From positions 32,001-96,000 of the forward strand of contig OY760074.1 in the NCBI GenBank assembly GCA_963663035.1: a stretch of DNA of 64,000 nt, given 5' to 3'. This document shows positions 62,832-64,000 of the stretch, piece by piece. The notes beneath the pieces were generated by a model that worked only from the letters and a program-made list of their open reading frames with translations, ran no database searches and was not told where the DNA came from. This DNA is from Acidobacteriota bacterium. GTDB taxonomy: Bacteria; Acidobacteriota; UBA6911; RPQK01; JADFOI01. The translations under genes and the position numbers were made by a program. Position 1 is the stretch's first letter; each line of letters opens with the position of its first letter.

Positions 62832-64000
62832 GTGCTCGGCAAGACCATCAGCCATTACAAAGTCACTGAGAAAATAGGCCAAGGGGGTATGGGTGAGGTC
62901 TACCGGGCCACCGACACCAAGCTGAACCGCGACGTGGCGCTGAAGATCCTGCCGGAGCAGTTTGCCTCCGATTCCCAGAGGATGGGCCGATTCCAGCGGG
63001 AAGCAGAGGTCCTGGCCTCCCTGGATCATCCCAACATTGGGCAGATTTACGGCATCGAAGACGCAGGCCAGACCAAGGCCCTGGTGCTTCAGCTCATCGA
63101 AGGTCCCACCCTGGCGGAAAGAATTGCCCAGGGACCGATCCCGGTGGAAGAGGCCCTCAAGATCGCCCTGCAGATGGCGGAGGGTCTGGAAGCTGCCCAC
63201 GAGAAGGGTGTAATCCACAGAGACCTCAAGCCTGCCAACATCAAGATTACGCCGGAGGGCCAGGTCAAGATCCTGGACTTTGGTTTGGCGAAGGCTCTGG
63301 AAGGGGAGACTCCAGCCTCAAGCCTCTCCCAATCCCCGACGCTGACCAATGCGGCAACACAGGCGGGGGTCATCCTGGGAACGGCTGCCTATATGTCCCC
63401 GGAGCAAGCCCGAGGCGAGAACGCCGACCAGAGAGCAGATGTATGGGCTTTCGGCGTTGTGCTGTTTGAAATGCTCACTGGGCGCAGAAGCTTTGAAGGG
63501 CGCACAGTTTCGGATGTTCTAGCTGCCGTCCTTGCAAAAGAGCCGCAATGGAACAGCCTCCCGGACAACCTCCATCCGAGACTCCGACAACTCCTCGAAC
63601 GTTGTTTGGCGAAAGAGTTAAGAGACCGATACACAGGCGTTGGGGATGCACGAGTGGATATTCAGACTGTCCTGGCCGATCCGGGTGGTGTGCTTGTGCA
63701 GCCCGTTGCTGAGGTCATTCAGGCAGCATCGCGATCGAAGCTACCGTGGGTCGTGGCCGTACTCGGAATCATGATCGCTGGAGTGGCTGGCTGGGTTCTT
63801 CGAGTACCGGACCCTGGGCTAGTCAGCCGTTTTAATTTCATCCTGCCCGAGGGCCAGGGCTTTACGAGCCTCGGCGAACATGTTGTTGCGGTTTCTCCCG
63901 ATGGGTCAGCATTTTTGTACGTCGCAGATCGACAAATATACATAAGACGGATGGACTCGCTCGGATCAACTCCGATACCGGGAACAGCAGTCAATGCTAG
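62832..64000 (+). CDS. Ser/Thr kinase with TM segment and beta-propeller (runs off window end)
   Basis: GTG start; [43 protein letters not shown]; close paralog of 26692-29415. Confidence 0.92.
   Translation, partial: MLGKTISHYKVTEKIGQGGMGEVYRATDTKLNRDVALKILPEQFASDSQRMGRFQREAEVLASLDHPNIGQIYGIEDAGQTKALVLQLIEGPTLAERIAQGPIPVEEALKIALQMAEGLEAAHEKGVIHRDLKPANIKITPEGQVKILDFGLAKALEGETPASSLSQSPTLTNAATQAGVILGTAAYMSPEQARGENADQRADVWAFGVVLFEMLTGRRSFEGRTVSDVLAAVLAKEPQWNSLPDNLHPRLRQLLERCLAKELRDRYTGVGDARVDIQTVLADPGGVLVQPVAEVIQAASRSKLPWVVAVLGIMIAGVAGWVLRVPDPGLVSRFNFILPEGQGFTSLGEHVVAVSPDGSAFLYVADRQIYIRRMDSLGSTPIPGTAVNA

Noticed and set aside
26692-64000. Diversity-generating retroelement acting on the kinases
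   Set aside because: No reverse transcriptase in the window and no repeat pair differing only at adenines was seen.

Overview
The window has two parts and most likely comes from an Acidobacteriota chromosome (inferred from an acidobacterial-type VWA protein and many Ser/Thr kinase/PD40 beta-propeller genes). Bases 1-25009 are core genes around the probable replication origin: folE, HIT, prmC, prfA, rpmE, rpsA, ihfB, HIT, dnaA, dnaN, gyrB, gyrA, a TPR protein, rpsU, a methyltransferase and an RND efflux operon. Two families of structured MITE/REP-like repeats sit just after stop codons there, and tandem NrdR-like boxes lie upstream of gyrB. Bases 25010-64000 are a decaying accessory region with 2 IS1380, 1 IS256 and 2 IS110/IS1111 elements and three large Ser/Thr kinase genes. 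The many small cargo genes in it are separated by same-strand relics of kinase gene ends (N-terminal '[10 protein letters not shown]', C-terminal '[11 protein letters not shown]' and 'DPRFxDLLRRMNLEP*') and by tRNA-Leu/tRNA-Asn 3' fragments with integrase arm-type repeats, yet the window encodes no integrase. The strongest finding is that the IS1111 non-coding end encodes a readable bridge/seek-type RNA. Its two target-guide segments tile a 16-bp stretch of the 'DLLLR' kinase-tail repeat, and both IS copies sit in that target. Also notable are a stand-alone transcript for a 14-aa peptide with a very strong Shine-Dalgarno sequence and a CxxC/RAPP leader peptide ahead of a metal-uptake operon. 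All calls were made by eye; no database searches were run.
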